Assembly (NCBI GenBank): GCA_963554175.1
Contig: CAUVQU010000002.1
Span: forward strand, 10,714 to 74,713
Length of the DNA: 64,000 bases
From: an uncultured Candidatus Saccharibacteria bacterium
GTDB lineage: Bacteria; Patescibacteriota; Saccharimonadia; Saccharimonadales; Saccharimonadaceae
Reading direction: 5' to 3'
Below, one piece after another: positions 1 to 9,368 of the stretch. Below the pieces are notes generated by a model. It had not been told where the DNA came from, made no database searches, and worked only from the letters and a program-made list of their open reading frames with translations. The stretch's first letter is position 1. The number at the start of each line of letters is the position of its first letter. Both the position numbers and the translations under genes were made by a program.

Positions 1-772
1 CGGCTTGAAACTTAGTGTAGCGAGCACGTTCGTAGTTTTCCTGGGCATAGGATTTGACGGAGATGATGTTGGTAATTGAATCGGTAAGTTGACCGGTCTG
101 TTTATTTTGGGCGGCAGCTTCTTTTTCGTTGCATTCACCAATACGTTTAAAACTTCTTGAAGATACGATGGCGAAGATGACCGAGAAGATCATTAATAGG
201 ATAGCGAAGGCAGGCGCGCGATTGATCAGGATGATAAAGATAGATGAAAAAGTGACGATAAGAGGAACGATATTAAATACGATGGAATCTGCAAAACGTT
301 CGTAGGCTCTCGTAAAACGGCCAACCTGTGCGGTAAGAGAACCGGAGAAGCGATCAGAGTGAAACTGCATAGATTGATTATTGATAGTATCAAAACATTG
401 AATCGAAAGGTCATTAATAGTGAGAAGTTCCATCTTCCAGACCAGATAGACACGTAGATTGCCGAGTATGCTTGAACCAATTAATTGACAGAGGATAAGA
501 AAAATACCCTGCGGTAGGACTTTTTGTACAAGCGGAATTTGGAAAATGTTGCCAGGGTTGATGAAATCTTCTGGTCTAGCGGAAGAAAGAATATCGATAA
601 TATTAGCTACAACAAGTGGAGCGAGAATGGTGCGTACGAAAATAACAATAGGGGTAACAATGAAGACGCCAAGGGCGAGCCACTTGTAGTTCTTATTGGC
701 TTTTAAAAAGTAGTGAAGGGTGCGTCCAATGGTTGATTTATATTTGGGGTTTTTCTTGGGTTGTTTTGTCAT
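1..772 (-). CDS. ABC exporter, N-terminal transmembrane domain (MsbA-like); 3' part lies outside the window
   Basis: Hand translation of the minus strand from ATG 772-770. This frame is absent from the ORF track because it has no stop in the window: MTKQPKKNPKYKSTIGRTLHYFLKANKNYKWLALGVF...NDLSIQCFDTINNQSMQFHSDRFSGSLTAQVGRFTRAYERF...NEKEAAAQNKQTGQLTDSITNIISVKSYAQENYERARYTKFQA. This is a typical ABC exporter TMD pattern. Track ORFs 226..480(-) and 524..706(+) are off-frame or opposite-strand shadows. Confidence 0.7.
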   Translation of the reverse strand, partial: MTKQPKKNPKYKSTIGRTLHYFLKANKNYKWLALGVFIVTPIVIFVRTILAPLVVANIIDILSSARPEDFINPGNIFQIPLVQKVLPQGIFLILCQLIGSSILGNLRVYLVWKMELLTINDLSIQCFDTINNQSMQFHSDRFSGSLTAQVGRFTRAYERFADSIVFNIVPLIVTFSSIFIILINRAPAFAILLMIFSVIFAIVSSRSFKRIGECNEKEAAAQNKQTGQLTDSITNIISVKSYAQENYERARYTKFQA

Positions 773-905
773 AAAGCCTCGTATTAATTATTGATTTGTT
801 AAATGATTTATTAAAAAGTGTTGATTTTGGGCAGACTTAGCGCCTAGAGAATCATATAATAGGTCTATTTTATCATAAAAATATTTTTACGGCAAAGAGG
901 TGGCA

Positions 906-914
906 TGGTATAAT
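906..914 (+). promoter_or_regulatory. Extended -10 promoter element (TGgTATAAT) upstream of ppa
   Basis: tggtataat at 906-914; AGGAG Shine-Dalgarno at 931-935; ATG at 943. Confidence 0.45.
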
Positions 915-942
915 GAGTGAAAAATTAAATAGGAGTTTAATT

Positions 943-1476
943 ATGGCAGATTTTAATAAAATCTTGACCCCAGGAAACTTTGAAGACGGTGAAATTAATG
1001 TAGTAATTGAGATTCCAACCGGTTCTAATCATAAGATTGAGTGGGATCGCAAAAATGCTTGTTTTATGCTTGACCGTGTAGAACCAATAGCCTTTGCTAA
1101 GCCATGTAATTATGGTTTTATTCCACAGACACTTGACGAGGATGGTGATGAGCTTGATGTTTTGATGGTAACAGACCAGCCACTTACTACTGGTATTTAC
1201 ACTAAAGCACGCGTGCTTGGTGTGATGAAGTTTGTTGATTCAGATGAAGTAGATGACAAGGTGATTTGTGTACCAGCTGATGATCGTAATAATGGTGATA
1301 AATATCAAACACTTGAAGATTTGCCAAAGCAATTAATTAAGCAAATCGAGTTCCATTTTAACCACTATAAGGACCTTAAGAAGCCTGGCACTACCGTAGT
1401 TAAAGGCTTTGAGGGTGTAGAATCTGCGAAAGAAGTAATTAAAGCTGCAATTCAACGTTGGAACGACGCTGAATAA
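943..1476 (+). CDS. ppa: Inorganic pyrophosphatase, family I
   Basis: INVVIEIPTGSNHKIEWD...NYGFIPQTLDEDGDELDVLMV are classic family I PPase motifs. Start moved to ATG 943 (MADFNKIL), which follows the AGGAG RBS. Confidence 0.9.
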   Translation: MADFNKILTPGNFEDGEINVVIEIPTGSNHKIEWDRKNACFMLDRVEPIAFAKPCNYGFIPQTLDEDGDELDVLMVTDQPLTTGIYTKARVLGVMKFVDSDEVDDKVICVPADDRNNGDKYQTLEDLPKQLIKQIEFHFNHYKDLKKPGTTVVKGFEGVESAKEVIKAAIQRWNDAE

Positions 1477-1492
1477 TTCAGTTAAAAATAAA

Positions 1493-1520
1493 AATAGACT
1501 CTTATCGGAGTCTATTTTTT
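1493..1520. terminator. Bidirectional intrinsic terminator between ppa and the convergent gene
   Basis: 9-bp stem aatagactc (1493-1501) / gagtctatt (1508-1516), loop ttatcg, A-run upstream and T-run downstream. Confidence 0.7.
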
Positions 1521-1553
1521 GTCTATATGAAAATGAGGGCCTAGGGACTGAGA

Positions 1554-2564
1554 TTATTCGAGGATTGTGGACTCGATGGATTTGGCGAGATCAATTAATG
1601 AGGCAGCGTCGATGTCGGAGGCTAGGAAGATGAGAGCGAAGACATGTCTATCAGTAGGATCTTCTTGTTTAGTCTCAAGAAAATAGACGTTATTGAAAAT
1701 CGGATAATTTAGATTTGCACTAGTAGTATCATTTGTTTGAGCGCCAAAAACACCATAAGTATTAAGTTTGGAAAAACCAGTCAGGAAGGGATTTTTTGTG
1801 GCATTGACTGGGGTTAGCTTGGTTTTAAGATCTTGCCAGAGTTGATCGGAAAAATCGGGATGATCTTTGAATCGCTTCATTAGGCTTAAAAGATCTGCGG
1901 TATTAGTGAGATGAGAGGAAAAGTTAGTATTACTATATGATTGATCTTTGAGAAAATCTTTCAAACGATCCTCGCCGAGGTCTGCAATAAGGGCGAGCGT
2001 GCAACCTTGATGGTTGTCCTGAAGAATTTTTGTAAGACAGTTATCACGAGAGATTTGTTCAGATCCAACAGTTAGGAGGTCTTCTTTTTTCCAGTTTCCC
2101 TGTTCAATTTTTGTATAAGTAAGATAGGCGAGAAAGAGATTTTCAACCCCGAGACTGTTGTTTTGGGTAAAATCATTATTTCTGGCAATAATCTCTTGGT
2201 TGTTAAGGTCGTAGATGAGAATACTGTTGTTTTTCTTGCTGACTTGCGTGGCGAGCCAGCGATCAAGGGTGGGTTGTAGATTTATTTTTTTAAAGTTTTT
2301 TACAACCTGCTGGGTTTGCTCAGGTTTTGCGGTTTTTTCATTAAGATACTTCATGAGGTAAACAATACCAAATGAGAGGGCGACTACTCCGAAGGTAGTA
2401 AAAATGATGATAAGGAGGATTTTACCAAATTTCGGCATACTATGTTTTGATAGTTCATTAGGGGTAAGATCTTCTGGTGGCTGAACATTCATAGGTGGAG
2501 TTGCATTCTGAGGTGTATTGGTATTAGTGAAAATATTTTTTTGGTTTAAGTTATTTGGTGGCAT
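1554..2564 (-). CDS. Membrane-anchored hypothetical protein
   Basis: 336-aa ORF. Pro/Asn-rich N-terminus, one TM helix (ILLIIIFTTFGVVALSFGIVYLM), then an extracytoplasmic domain. No catalytic motif recognised. Confidence 0.6.
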   Translation of the reverse strand: MPPNNLNQKNIFTNTNTPQNATPPMNVQPPEDLTPNELSKHSMPKFGKILLIIIFTTFGVVALSFGIVYLMKYLNEKTAKPEQTQQVVKNFKKINLQPTLDRWLATQVSKKNNSILIYDLNNQEIIARNNDFTQNNSLGVENLFLAYLTYTKIEQGNWKKEDLLTVGSEQISRDNCLTKILQDNHQGCTLALIADLGEDRLKDFLKDQSYSNTNFSSHLTNTADLLSLMKRFKDHPDFSDQLWQDLKTKLTPVNATKNPFLTGFSKLNTYGVFGAQTNDTTSANLNYPIFNNVYFLETKQEDPTDRHVFALIFLASDIDAASLIDLAKSIESTILE

Positions 2565-2583
2565 AAATTCCTTTGTAATATTA

Positions 2584-4170
2584 TTAATTTCCTTTTGGCG
2601 AAGCAGAGATGAGGCGATTTAAAAAGTTTTGAGCCTCAGCGTGATCAAGTAAACGGGGTCTAAAAGTATCATCATAAATGGTGGGAGAAATGCGGGTTTG
2701 AAGTAGTTTGTTATTATCAAAATAATGAGTAAGAATGAGACTACGAGTAGTATCTGGCCAGTAGATTTGATCAAAGAAAAGATTGCCTAGGCCATAGTAG
2801 ATTGGTTTTTGGTTGTAAAGTTCATAAGTTTGGGGTTGGTGGGCAGAAGTGCCGACAACCATATCGGCGCCAAGGTCGATGAGGTGACGGAAAAACTCCT
2901 TTTGGTTCTGAATTGGTTGGTCACAGGTTGGGTAGGCAACTGACTGGTCTGGATAGGCATAGCATTCAAAGTATTGAATATTAATAATAGTAAATTTTTG
3001 TTCAGCTTTGGCGACAGCTATATCTTGTTTTACTTGCTCTTCGTTATAGGGGTTAGCGCCTGGTGTGGTATCTGTTGCAATCTGGCCATTGGCGATACTG
3101 CTGGTAGAATGGTTGTAGGCGAGGAGACGAATGGACTGGTTAAGATCAAGCGGTTTTTTCGCTTCTTCAAGGTTTTCACCACCGCCAACGGTCTTTAGTC
3201 CAAGTTCATGATATTTAGTAATGGTCGCTAGGTTATTTTGGGTACCAGTATCATTATTGTGATTACCAGTAAGCTCTACAATATCAGTTCCAATTGTGTT
3301 AATAGTGTCGAGGGTGCGCCAGTCGGCACAGAGTGTCATGGTTTGATAACCTCCGAGACAACCTTCTTTAAAACTAACCTCGTTACTGATATGGGTAAAA
3401 GTCTTAGATTTTAAGAAGTCGGCGATATGTTCTGCAAAATATGTTCCATTTTCAACCTGGTTGAGTTTTAAGGTGAGACGGCGTGTGAGAGCGGTGACGC
3501 CAGTCTCGGCGAATGAAACTAGTTTCTTCGGTTGATTCTGAGAAAAAATATTAGCAAGAAGATTGTGGATGGCTTCGGTTTTGGTTTGACCCATAGAATT
3601 ATCGGTATTTTTTCTCGTAATATGCAGGATGGTAAAACGGGCTCCTGAATCTTGGTGGTCGAGATAAAAATCATTTTGGAGGCTGAGTAATTTAATAGTG
3701 GGGTTTAATTGTTCTGTAGAAATAAAAGTAATATGATTTTCTTGGATAAATTCTTTGTCGTCAAAATGGTCCAATGATAGGTCTACTAGTGGGCTATAGA
3801 AGTCGGTGGTCGGTAATTCGATTTTGGCCACGAGATAGTTCTTCGGATCTGAAGGTAATTTAAAAACTTGACTGTCTTGGAGTTCAAAATCGGAAAAATT
3901 TAATTTTCCTACCAGCTGATTACAGATAGTGCCTTGATCTAAAAAATTCAACTTAAGATTAGATAAGCAAGTGGATTGATCGAGAAGGTAGGTTTGGGTT
4001 TTATGACAAAGGCTTTTAAATATTGTGATAGTGCTGAGAACGATAAAAATAAAGCCAAAAACTATAGCGAAAAAAGGTGTACGATAGCGAGTTTTAGTTT
4101 GATGTGGTTGTTTGATTTTCTTAGTTTTTATTTTGTGGTAAGGTGTGCTGTTGGAAGTCATAGATATCAT
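2584..4170 (-). CDS. CapA / PGA_cap family metallophosphoesterase-like protein, membrane anchored
   Basis: N-terminal TM (FFAIVFGFIFIVLSTITIF). C-terminal motifs ELTGNHNND, GLKTVGGGEN, LLAYNHSTS, GADMVVGTSAHQPQ and GLGNLFFDQ are typical of the CapA family. Confidence 0.75.
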   Translation of the reverse strand: MISMTSNSTPYHKIKTKKIKQPHQTKTRYRTPFFAIVFGFIFIVLSTITIFKSLCHKTQTYLLDQSTCLSNLKLNFLDQGTICNQLVGKLNFSDFELQDSQVFKLPSDPKNYLVAKIELPTTDFYSPLVDLSLDHFDDKEFIQENHITFISTEQLNPTIKLLSLQNDFYLDHQDSGARFTILHITRKNTDNSMGQTKTEAIHNLLANIFSQNQPKKLVSFAETGVTALTRRLTLKLNQVENGTYFAEHIADFLKSKTFTHISNEVSFKEGCLGGYQTMTLCADWRTLDTINTIGTDIVELTGNHNNDTGTQNNLATITKYHELGLKTVGGGENLEEAKKPLDLNQSIRLLAYNHSTSSIANGQIATDTTPGANPYNEEQVKQDIAVAKAEQKFTIINIQYFECYAYPDQSVAYPTCDQPIQNQKEFFRHLIDLGADMVVGTSAHQPQTYELYNQKPIYYGLGNLFFDQIYWPDTTRSLILTHYFDNNKLLQTRISPTIYDDTFRPRLLDHAEAQNFLNRLISASPKGN

Positions 4171-4234
4171 CCAATTAAACGTTTAATGGTTATTTTTATT
4201 TTAACATAAGTTTAAGTTGAGGTATAATTTAAGC

Positions 4235-6205
4235 ATGAGTTTTAAAATTAAACTTTTTGGTGGAAAGTCTAAAGAAAAACATTTTGATGTTGAATCTCCA
4301 AATAAAAACGTTAAATGTCGAGTAAAGATAGCAAATGGCCGAATTTATTATGAGGTAAGAAAGAATAATGACGTATTAGTGCGGGAATCTCGTCTTGGCT
4401 TTAAGTTGCATGGAGAAAATGATTTAGGGCAAGATTTGGTACTCGTGCGGACACAGAAGAAGAGTGAAAGTTCAGTCTGGGAGCCGATAGTTGGTGAGGA
4501 AAAACAGATTCATAATGAATATAATGAAACGGTTTTTTATTTGTCGGAGACGACGGAAAAGCAAAGACTTTTTTCATTACGTTTTCGAGTCTTTAATGAG
4601 GGGGTGGCCTTTCGATATGAGATACCTCCGCAGCCAAGTTTTCAACGTATTATAATTATGGATGAGCTAACAGAATTTAATTTGGATTTAAACGGTCAGG
4701 CTTGGAGGATTCCAGCTTATCAAGCAACTAAGTATGAGTTGAATTATGAAAAGTGGCCAGTTTATGAGCTAAGAGATTCGGTGCATACACCTTTGACGGT
4801 GGAAACTAATAACAATAAATACGTTGCGATTCACGAGGCGGCACTTTATAATTATGGTTCGATGACCTTGAAGATGAATGCGGACAAACATCTTCAAGCA
4901 GACATTACACCGCTGTCTGATGGGGTGAAAGCCTATGTTGATCTTCCCTTTGATTCTCCTTGGCGTGTAATCATGATTGCGGATTCGGCGATTGAGCTGA
5001 CGGTGAACCGAATGATTCTAAATTTAAATAATCCGCCAAAAGAAGACTTTAGTTGGGTGAAGCCATTGAAATTTTTAGGAATTTGGTGGGCCATGTATGT
5101 TGGCGAGTGGACCTGGGCGGAAGGTAGGAAGCACGGTGCTTCTACTGAACATGCGAAACAGTACCTGGATTTTTGTTTAAGGCTCGGTGTATCTGGGCTT
5201 CTGATTGAGGGGTGGAATAACGGTTGGAGTGGTGAGTGGTCAATGGATGGTAAGTTTACGGACTACCTTCATCCAGTGGCTGATTTTAATATGGAAGAAG
5301 TCTCCGAAAAAAGTAGGGGATGTAATATTGAGCTGATCGCTCAGCATGAAACGGTTGGGCAGATTGATAATTATGAAAGGCAGCTTGAAAGTGCGTTTTC
5401 TTATCTTGTCAGTAATGGTATTCATTATGTGAAAACTGGGTATACTGGTTCAAAGATGTTAATTCGTGGAAAACAGGAGTATCATCACTCACAGGCTGGG
5501 GTACTGCATTATCAGAAGACTGTAGAGTTAGCGGCAAGATATCAGATTATGTTGAATATTCATGAACCAATTAAGGGGACTGGGATTGAGCGGACTTATC
5601 CAAATATTTTGACAAGAGAGGGGGCGAAGGGACAAGAATATGAAGGTGGAAAGATCAGGTTAAATCATGCAACGATCTTGCCTTTTACAAGGATGTTATG
5701 TGGTGCCTTTGATTATACGCCTGGAATTTTTGATTTAAAGAATCCAGCGAAGCGTGTTTACACAACTCTTGCCAGGCAACTTGCCTATTATGTGGTATTT
5801 TACTCTGGAATGCAGATGTTGGCGGATCGACCAGAGATGTATGAAAAGCAACCAGCGGTCTTTGAATTTTTACAGAAAGTTCCAGTTAATTGGCAGATGA
5901 CGATTCCGCTACTCGGGAAAATTGGAGAATATTATGTTGTAGCAAGACAAGATCGAGATTCCGATGATTGGTATGTGGCGGGGGTAACCAACGAAGAACC
6001 GAGACGAGTGAACTTAAATATGGAGTTTTTAGAGGAAGGTATAAAATATACCGCTTATATTTATCGTGATGGTGAAATGTGTGATTACCTCGAGAATCCA
6101 TTGGATATTATGATTGAGAAGAGGGTTGTTCAAAGAGGCGAGTTTTTAGATATCTGGCTAGCAGCTGGTGGCGGCTTTGCGGTGCGTTTAATTAAAGGAT
6201 ATTAG
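4235..6205 (+). CDS. Glycoside hydrolase family 97 (alpha-glucosidase/galactosidase-like)
   Basis: GVSGLLIEGWNNGW, IAQHET, YVKTGYTG and LNIHEPIKGTGIERTYPNILTREGAKGQEY match GH97 by eye. Start set to ATG 4235 (MSFKIKLF), 6 nt after TATAAT 4223-4228, so the mRNA may be leaderless. Confidence 0.75.
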   Translation: MSFKIKLFGGKSKEKHFDVESPNKNVKCRVKIANGRIYYEVRKNNDVLVRESRLGFKLHGENDLGQDLVLVRTQKKSESSVWEPIVGEEKQIHNEYNETVFYLSETTEKQRLFSLRFRVFNEGVAFRYEIPPQPSFQRIIIMDELTEFNLDLNGQAWRIPAYQATKYELNYEKWPVYELRDSVHTPLTVETNNNKYVAIHEAALYNYGSMTLKMNADKHLQADITPLSDGVKAYVDLPFDSPWRVIMIADSAIELTVNRMILNLNNPPKEDFSWVKPLKFLGIWWAMYVGEWTWAEGRKHGASTEHAKQYLDFCLRLGVSGLLIEGWNNGWSGEWSMDGKFTDYLHPVADFNMEEVSEKSRGCNIELIAQHETVGQIDNYERQLESAFSYLVSNGIHYVKTGYTGSKMLIRGKQEYHHSQAGVLHYQKTVELAARYQIMLNIHEPIKGTGIERTYPNILTREGAKGQEYEGGKIRLNHATILPFTRMLCGAFDYTPGIFDLKNPAKRVYTTLARQLAYYVVFYSGMQMLADRPEMYEKQPAVFEFLQKVPVNWQMTIPLLGKIGEYYVVARQDRDSDDWYVAGVTNEEPRRVNLNMEFLEEGIKYTAYIYRDGEMCDYLENPLDIMIEKRVVQRGEFLDIWLAAGGGFAVRLIKGY

Positions 6206-6224
6206 TCTCTTAAGTTTTCGTGTA

Positions 6225-6249
6225 AAAATCCCCAAAGTTGGGGATTTTT
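6225..6249. terminator. Bidirectional intrinsic terminator (GH97 / sortase)
   Basis: 10-bp stem aaaatcccca (6225-6234) / tggggatttt (6239-6248), loop aagt. Confidence 0.7.
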
Positions 6250-6283
6250 ATATATTATGGGTTAAGAGGCTAAAGCGATCCTC

Positions 6284-6775
6284 TTAGCTGTCTAATTCGG
6301 CTGTTAGAATTAGTCTTTCGGTATAATCATTTTCGGCAATTTTTTCTCCATGACAAGTCATAAGGGTGAGAGTGGGTATGGCTTTGGGCTCAAGGACTTT
6401 GGACATACTAATACTATCTTTGGCCTGGATGTAGAGGTTAGTAATTTTGTAGGTGTGATTATCAAGTTTAATCTGGTCATTGAGTTTTAAATTATGAAGA
6501 CTGCCAAAGATTGTGGATGAATGACCGATGATAAAAGTGTTATTTTCAGCTGCGTAATAGAGGCCAGCGATTTGGTCGGGAGCGGTGAGCGTGTAGTCGT
6601 TATTTAATTGTAAAACTTTAATGGCTGATTTGAGGCTGATTTTGGGTGCTTCCAGAATGAGATTTGAGTTTGCCTCGACATTATGTGGCTGCATGCCAAA
6701 ATAGCCAAAAATAGCAAACAGAAAAAGATAAATACAGATAAAAATTTTATGTGAATAATGCTTCTTGAATCGCAT
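6284..6775 (-). CDS. Sortase family transpeptidase
   Basis: N-terminal TM; IIGHSS (His) and TLMTCHG (TLxTC catalytic Cys). Start at ATG 6775, which follows GGGAGG. Confidence 0.75.
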   Translation of the reverse strand: MRFKKHYSHKIFICIYLFLFAIFGYFGMQPHNVEANSNLILEAPKISLKSAIKVLQLNNDYTLTAPDQIAGLYYAAENNTFIIGHSSTIFGSLHNLKLNDQIKLDNHTYKITNLYIQAKDSISMSKVLEPKAIPTLTLMTCHGEKIAENDYTERLILTAELDS

Positions 6776-6912
6776 TTTTCCTCCCAACAACCTTAATAGT
6801 TTGATTATAACATAAGCTAGATGAAAATATGAATAGTAAATGAAGGCTGGATGAATAAAATATGAATCTGTAGAAAAACGCCCCTTGCGGAGCGTTTTTT
6901 TGAGTAAGTATG

Positions 6913-7596
6913 TTAGTCCTGATATCTTTCGTAACTAAAATCACGGTAGTAGTCACGATAGATAACAGGGTCGTCACCCATAGGGTCTCTAATTAGAGCC
7001 TCCATGAGCTGATGTAAGACGTTGAACTCAGCTACATAGAGGTATTCATCGTAACCTTCGATCTTGATACGACTACCCCAGTTATCAGGCATCTTAAATG
7101 TCCTCTTGTATTTTTTATGAGGATTACCGCCTGGTCTCACGCCGATGATGGTGATGGCAATTGGATTGTCTTCACCGATGAAATCTTTGTCGTCAGCAAA
7201 GGAGATAACGACGGATTGAATACCTGGCTCCTTTGGTTTTAAGGTCTTACGTGCAAGCCTTAGGCAATGGGCTTCCTTATCAACAAAGATGGCGTAGTCC
7301 GGATCATAGGCGACAAACTGTCCTAAAAAATCCGTGATCGCCAGAGTGCTTGGCCTGATGAAGGTGGTAACATCGTATTCGATGCTGGTCGGAGATAAAG
7401 TGACCTTCTGCTCCTTCTTTGTAGAGGCAATCTCCACCTTTGATTCTGGTTTGAGATCATATGGTGGCGGTGGCACTAGGGCCTCGACGGTCTCTTCGGC
7501 TGCTGCGGTTTGTTTGTTGGCAGCAAAACAGGTGATTGGGGTAACGAAACTGCAAATACTGATGATTAATAAAGTTGCTAAAAAAAACTTTTTCAT
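6913..7596 (-). CDS. Secreted hypothetical protein
   Basis: Signal peptide MKKFFLATLLIISICSFVTPITCFAANK; strong RBS (AGGAGG) upstream; no LPXTG motif seen. Confidence 0.65.
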   Translation of the reverse strand: MKKFFLATLLIISICSFVTPITCFAANKQTAAAEETVEALVPPPPYDLKPESKVEIASTKKEQKVTLSPTSIEYDVTTFIRPSTLAITDFLGQFVAYDPDYAIFVDKEAHCLRLARKTLKPKEPGIQSVVISFADDKDFIGEDNPIAITIIGVRPGGNPHKKYKRTFKMPDNWGSRIKIEGYDEYLYVAEFNVLHQLMEALIRDPMGDDPVIYRDYYRDFSYERYQD

Positions 7597-7697
7597 ACTT
7601 TTCCTCCTTTAAAGTACGAAGTGAATTAACAAAAACCCAAAGAATTTTGGAGTTTTTGGAGTTACCTATACTGATATTATACAATAATTATATAAAA

Positions 7698-8159
7698 TTA
7701 CAACTTATCGTATGGTTCGGTAATGGGAATCTGGATAGTAGTGCCAAAACCGAGTCGGGATTTGACTTTGGCGCCAAGGATGGCGTACTGCTCTCGCTGT
7801 TCAACAGTGATGATGGTGGAGTCATCTTTGATGGTGATGAAGTTTGAGATAGGCCTGATATCGGCTAATGTATCTCCGGCAGTATTCATGGAAATAATGA
7901 TATTTCCCTTTTGTGGAGTTTTTAAGACGTGGTTTAGATAAGAAACAATAATTTTAGTTAAGGCAAGGAAATTTTCCACCTGATGTTTTGGGCGCAGTAC
8001 GTCGAGGTCAAGAGTATAACCGGCACGTTCAAGGCGAATGACGTATTCACGATAAATAGGATCAATGACATCAGAAAGATACATAAACTTGCGCTCAAAC
8101 ACACTAGTGTGTACTTTGTTTAAGTCAAGGATTTTGAGAAAATCTTGATTCTCCTTCAT
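7698..8159 (-). CDS. Hypothetical protein
   Basis: 153-aa ORF filling the gap between flanking same-strand genes. No recognisable motif. Confidence 0.5.
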   Translation of the reverse strand: MKENQDFLKILDLNKVHTSVFERKFMYLSDVIDPIYREYVIRLERAGYTLDLDVLRPKHQVENFLALTKIIVSYLNHVLKTPQKGNIIISMNTAGDTLADIRPISNFITIKDDSTIITVEQREQYAILGAKVKSRLGFGTTIQIPITEPYDKL

Positions 8160-8235
8160 AGGCTATATTATAACATAGAATCTCTCAGTTAAATAGAAAA
8201 GAGGTTTTAGACGCGTCTTAGCGCGAGGGCAAGGA

Positions 8236-8805
8236 TTAGACTCCTGGGCTGTGAGTACTAAGTAATTCACGGTGGGCGCGATAGTCTGGATCGTGAGATT
8301 CAACTTCTGCCCAGAAGGCTTTGGAATGATCTGGGTGATTGATATGTGCGAGCTCATGAATAATAACATAATCACGTTGAGCTTCAGGAACTTGCATAAG
8401 GCCAATATTGAGTGAAATAGTGATAGTGGTCGGGGAAAAAATTGAGGTCTTACGGTGGGTGCAGGAGCCCCAACGACTACTGGCGTGAGACAAGACTACC
8501 TTATCGTAATGATAGCCAAAGCGTTTAGCAAGATACTCGAGACGATAAGGCAAGTACTCCTTGGCTTGTTTTGTGAGTAGTTTCTTCTTGAGGTCACGCG
8601 CACGTTGTGTATTAGGGTCTTTAACTTTTAGTTTTTGCCGAATTTGATCCCTCATCTTCTCCAGAGTTTTTTTGACGACTAAATCGGATGCAAAACTTGG
8701 AACTGTGGCCTGAAGACGACCAGAAGTGGAAATTGAAAAACTAACCGAACGTGAACGGGAATTCTTGCGAATAATAACTTCACCAAACTCTGGATCGTTA
8801 AGCAT
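8236..8805 (-). CDS. YgjP-like (DUF45) zinc metallopeptidase
   Basis: IIHELAHINHPDHSKAFWAEVE: an HExxH motif in the context typical of the YgjP/DUF45 family. Confidence 0.7.
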   Translation of the reverse strand: MLNDPEFGEVIIRKNSRSRSVSFSISTSGRLQATVPSFASDLVVKKTLEKMRDQIRQKLKVKDPNTQRARDLKKKLLTKQAKEYLPYRLEYLAKRFGYHYDKVVLSHASSRWGSCTHRKTSIFSPTTITISLNIGLMQVPEAQRDYVIIHELAHINHPDHSKAFWAEVESHDPDYRAHRELLSTHSPGV

Positions 8806-8843
8806 AAGTGGCTCCGTAAAAAGAAAATGGGCGGATTTTAATT

Positions 8844-9329
8844 CTAGGAAAGTTGAGAGAGGACGTGTGAAAGTTGTGTGTCAAATGTATGCTTACCGGA
8901 GAGAATGATGGGCTTTTCGGTTTCGGCAGGAGCTTCCATGGCGCGAATGCGAGAATCGTATTCTTCTTTGGCGCGAGCAACGGAACGAAACTTAAGTTTA
9001 AGGCGAGCCTTAATGGTATTAATGTCAGTTTGGATCCAAACGAGGGTGGGATTATAGCCACAGATCTTGAGGAGTTTGCGGACGGCATTGCGTTCGTTTT
9101 CAGTATCAAGGCCTCCTTCAATAATAATATTCTGTCCTGTTTTTGAAATTGCTTCCAGTACGACATGAATTTGTTTTTCGGTAAAGTCAGCTTCTTCACG
9201 TAAAGATTGTAGATTGTAATAAGGAGCTTTGAATCTCTGAGAAAATTTCTCACAAAAGGTAGTTTTTCCACTACATGGAGCACCGAAAACCAGAATTGCA
9301 CGCGGTTTAGTCTTCTTTTTACTTTCCAT
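8844..9329 (-). CDS. P-loop NTPase / small kinase-like ATPase
   Basis: Walker A ILVFGAPCSGKTTF; 161 aa. The overlapping 8798..9367 ORF is an off-frame shadow. Confidence 0.55.
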   Translation of the reverse strand: MESKKKTKPRAILVFGAPCSGKTTFCEKFSQRFKAPYYNLQSLREEADFTEKQIHVVLEAISKTGQNIIIEGGLDTENERNAVRKLLKICGYNPTLVWIQTDINTIKARLKLKFRSVARAKEEYDSRIRAMEAPAETEKPIILSGKHTFDTQLSHVLSQLS

Positions 9330-9368
9330 ATTGTGAGTATTATAGCATGAAGTAAGAGATGGTACAAT

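Noticed and set aside
226-706. Track ORFs 226..480(-) and 524..706(+)
   Set aside because: Both lie inside the partial ABC-exporter gene (frame starting at 772 on the minus strand), which gives a recognisable product.
1554-2564. Beta-lactamase / serine hydrolase-like call for the membrane-anchored protein
   Set aside because: There is only a vague resemblance, and no SxxK or other catalytic motif could be found by eye.
8798-9367. 189-aa ORF overlapping the P-loop gene
   Set aside because: It is off-frame relative to 8844..9329, which carries a clear Walker A motif. The product looks like a frame shadow.
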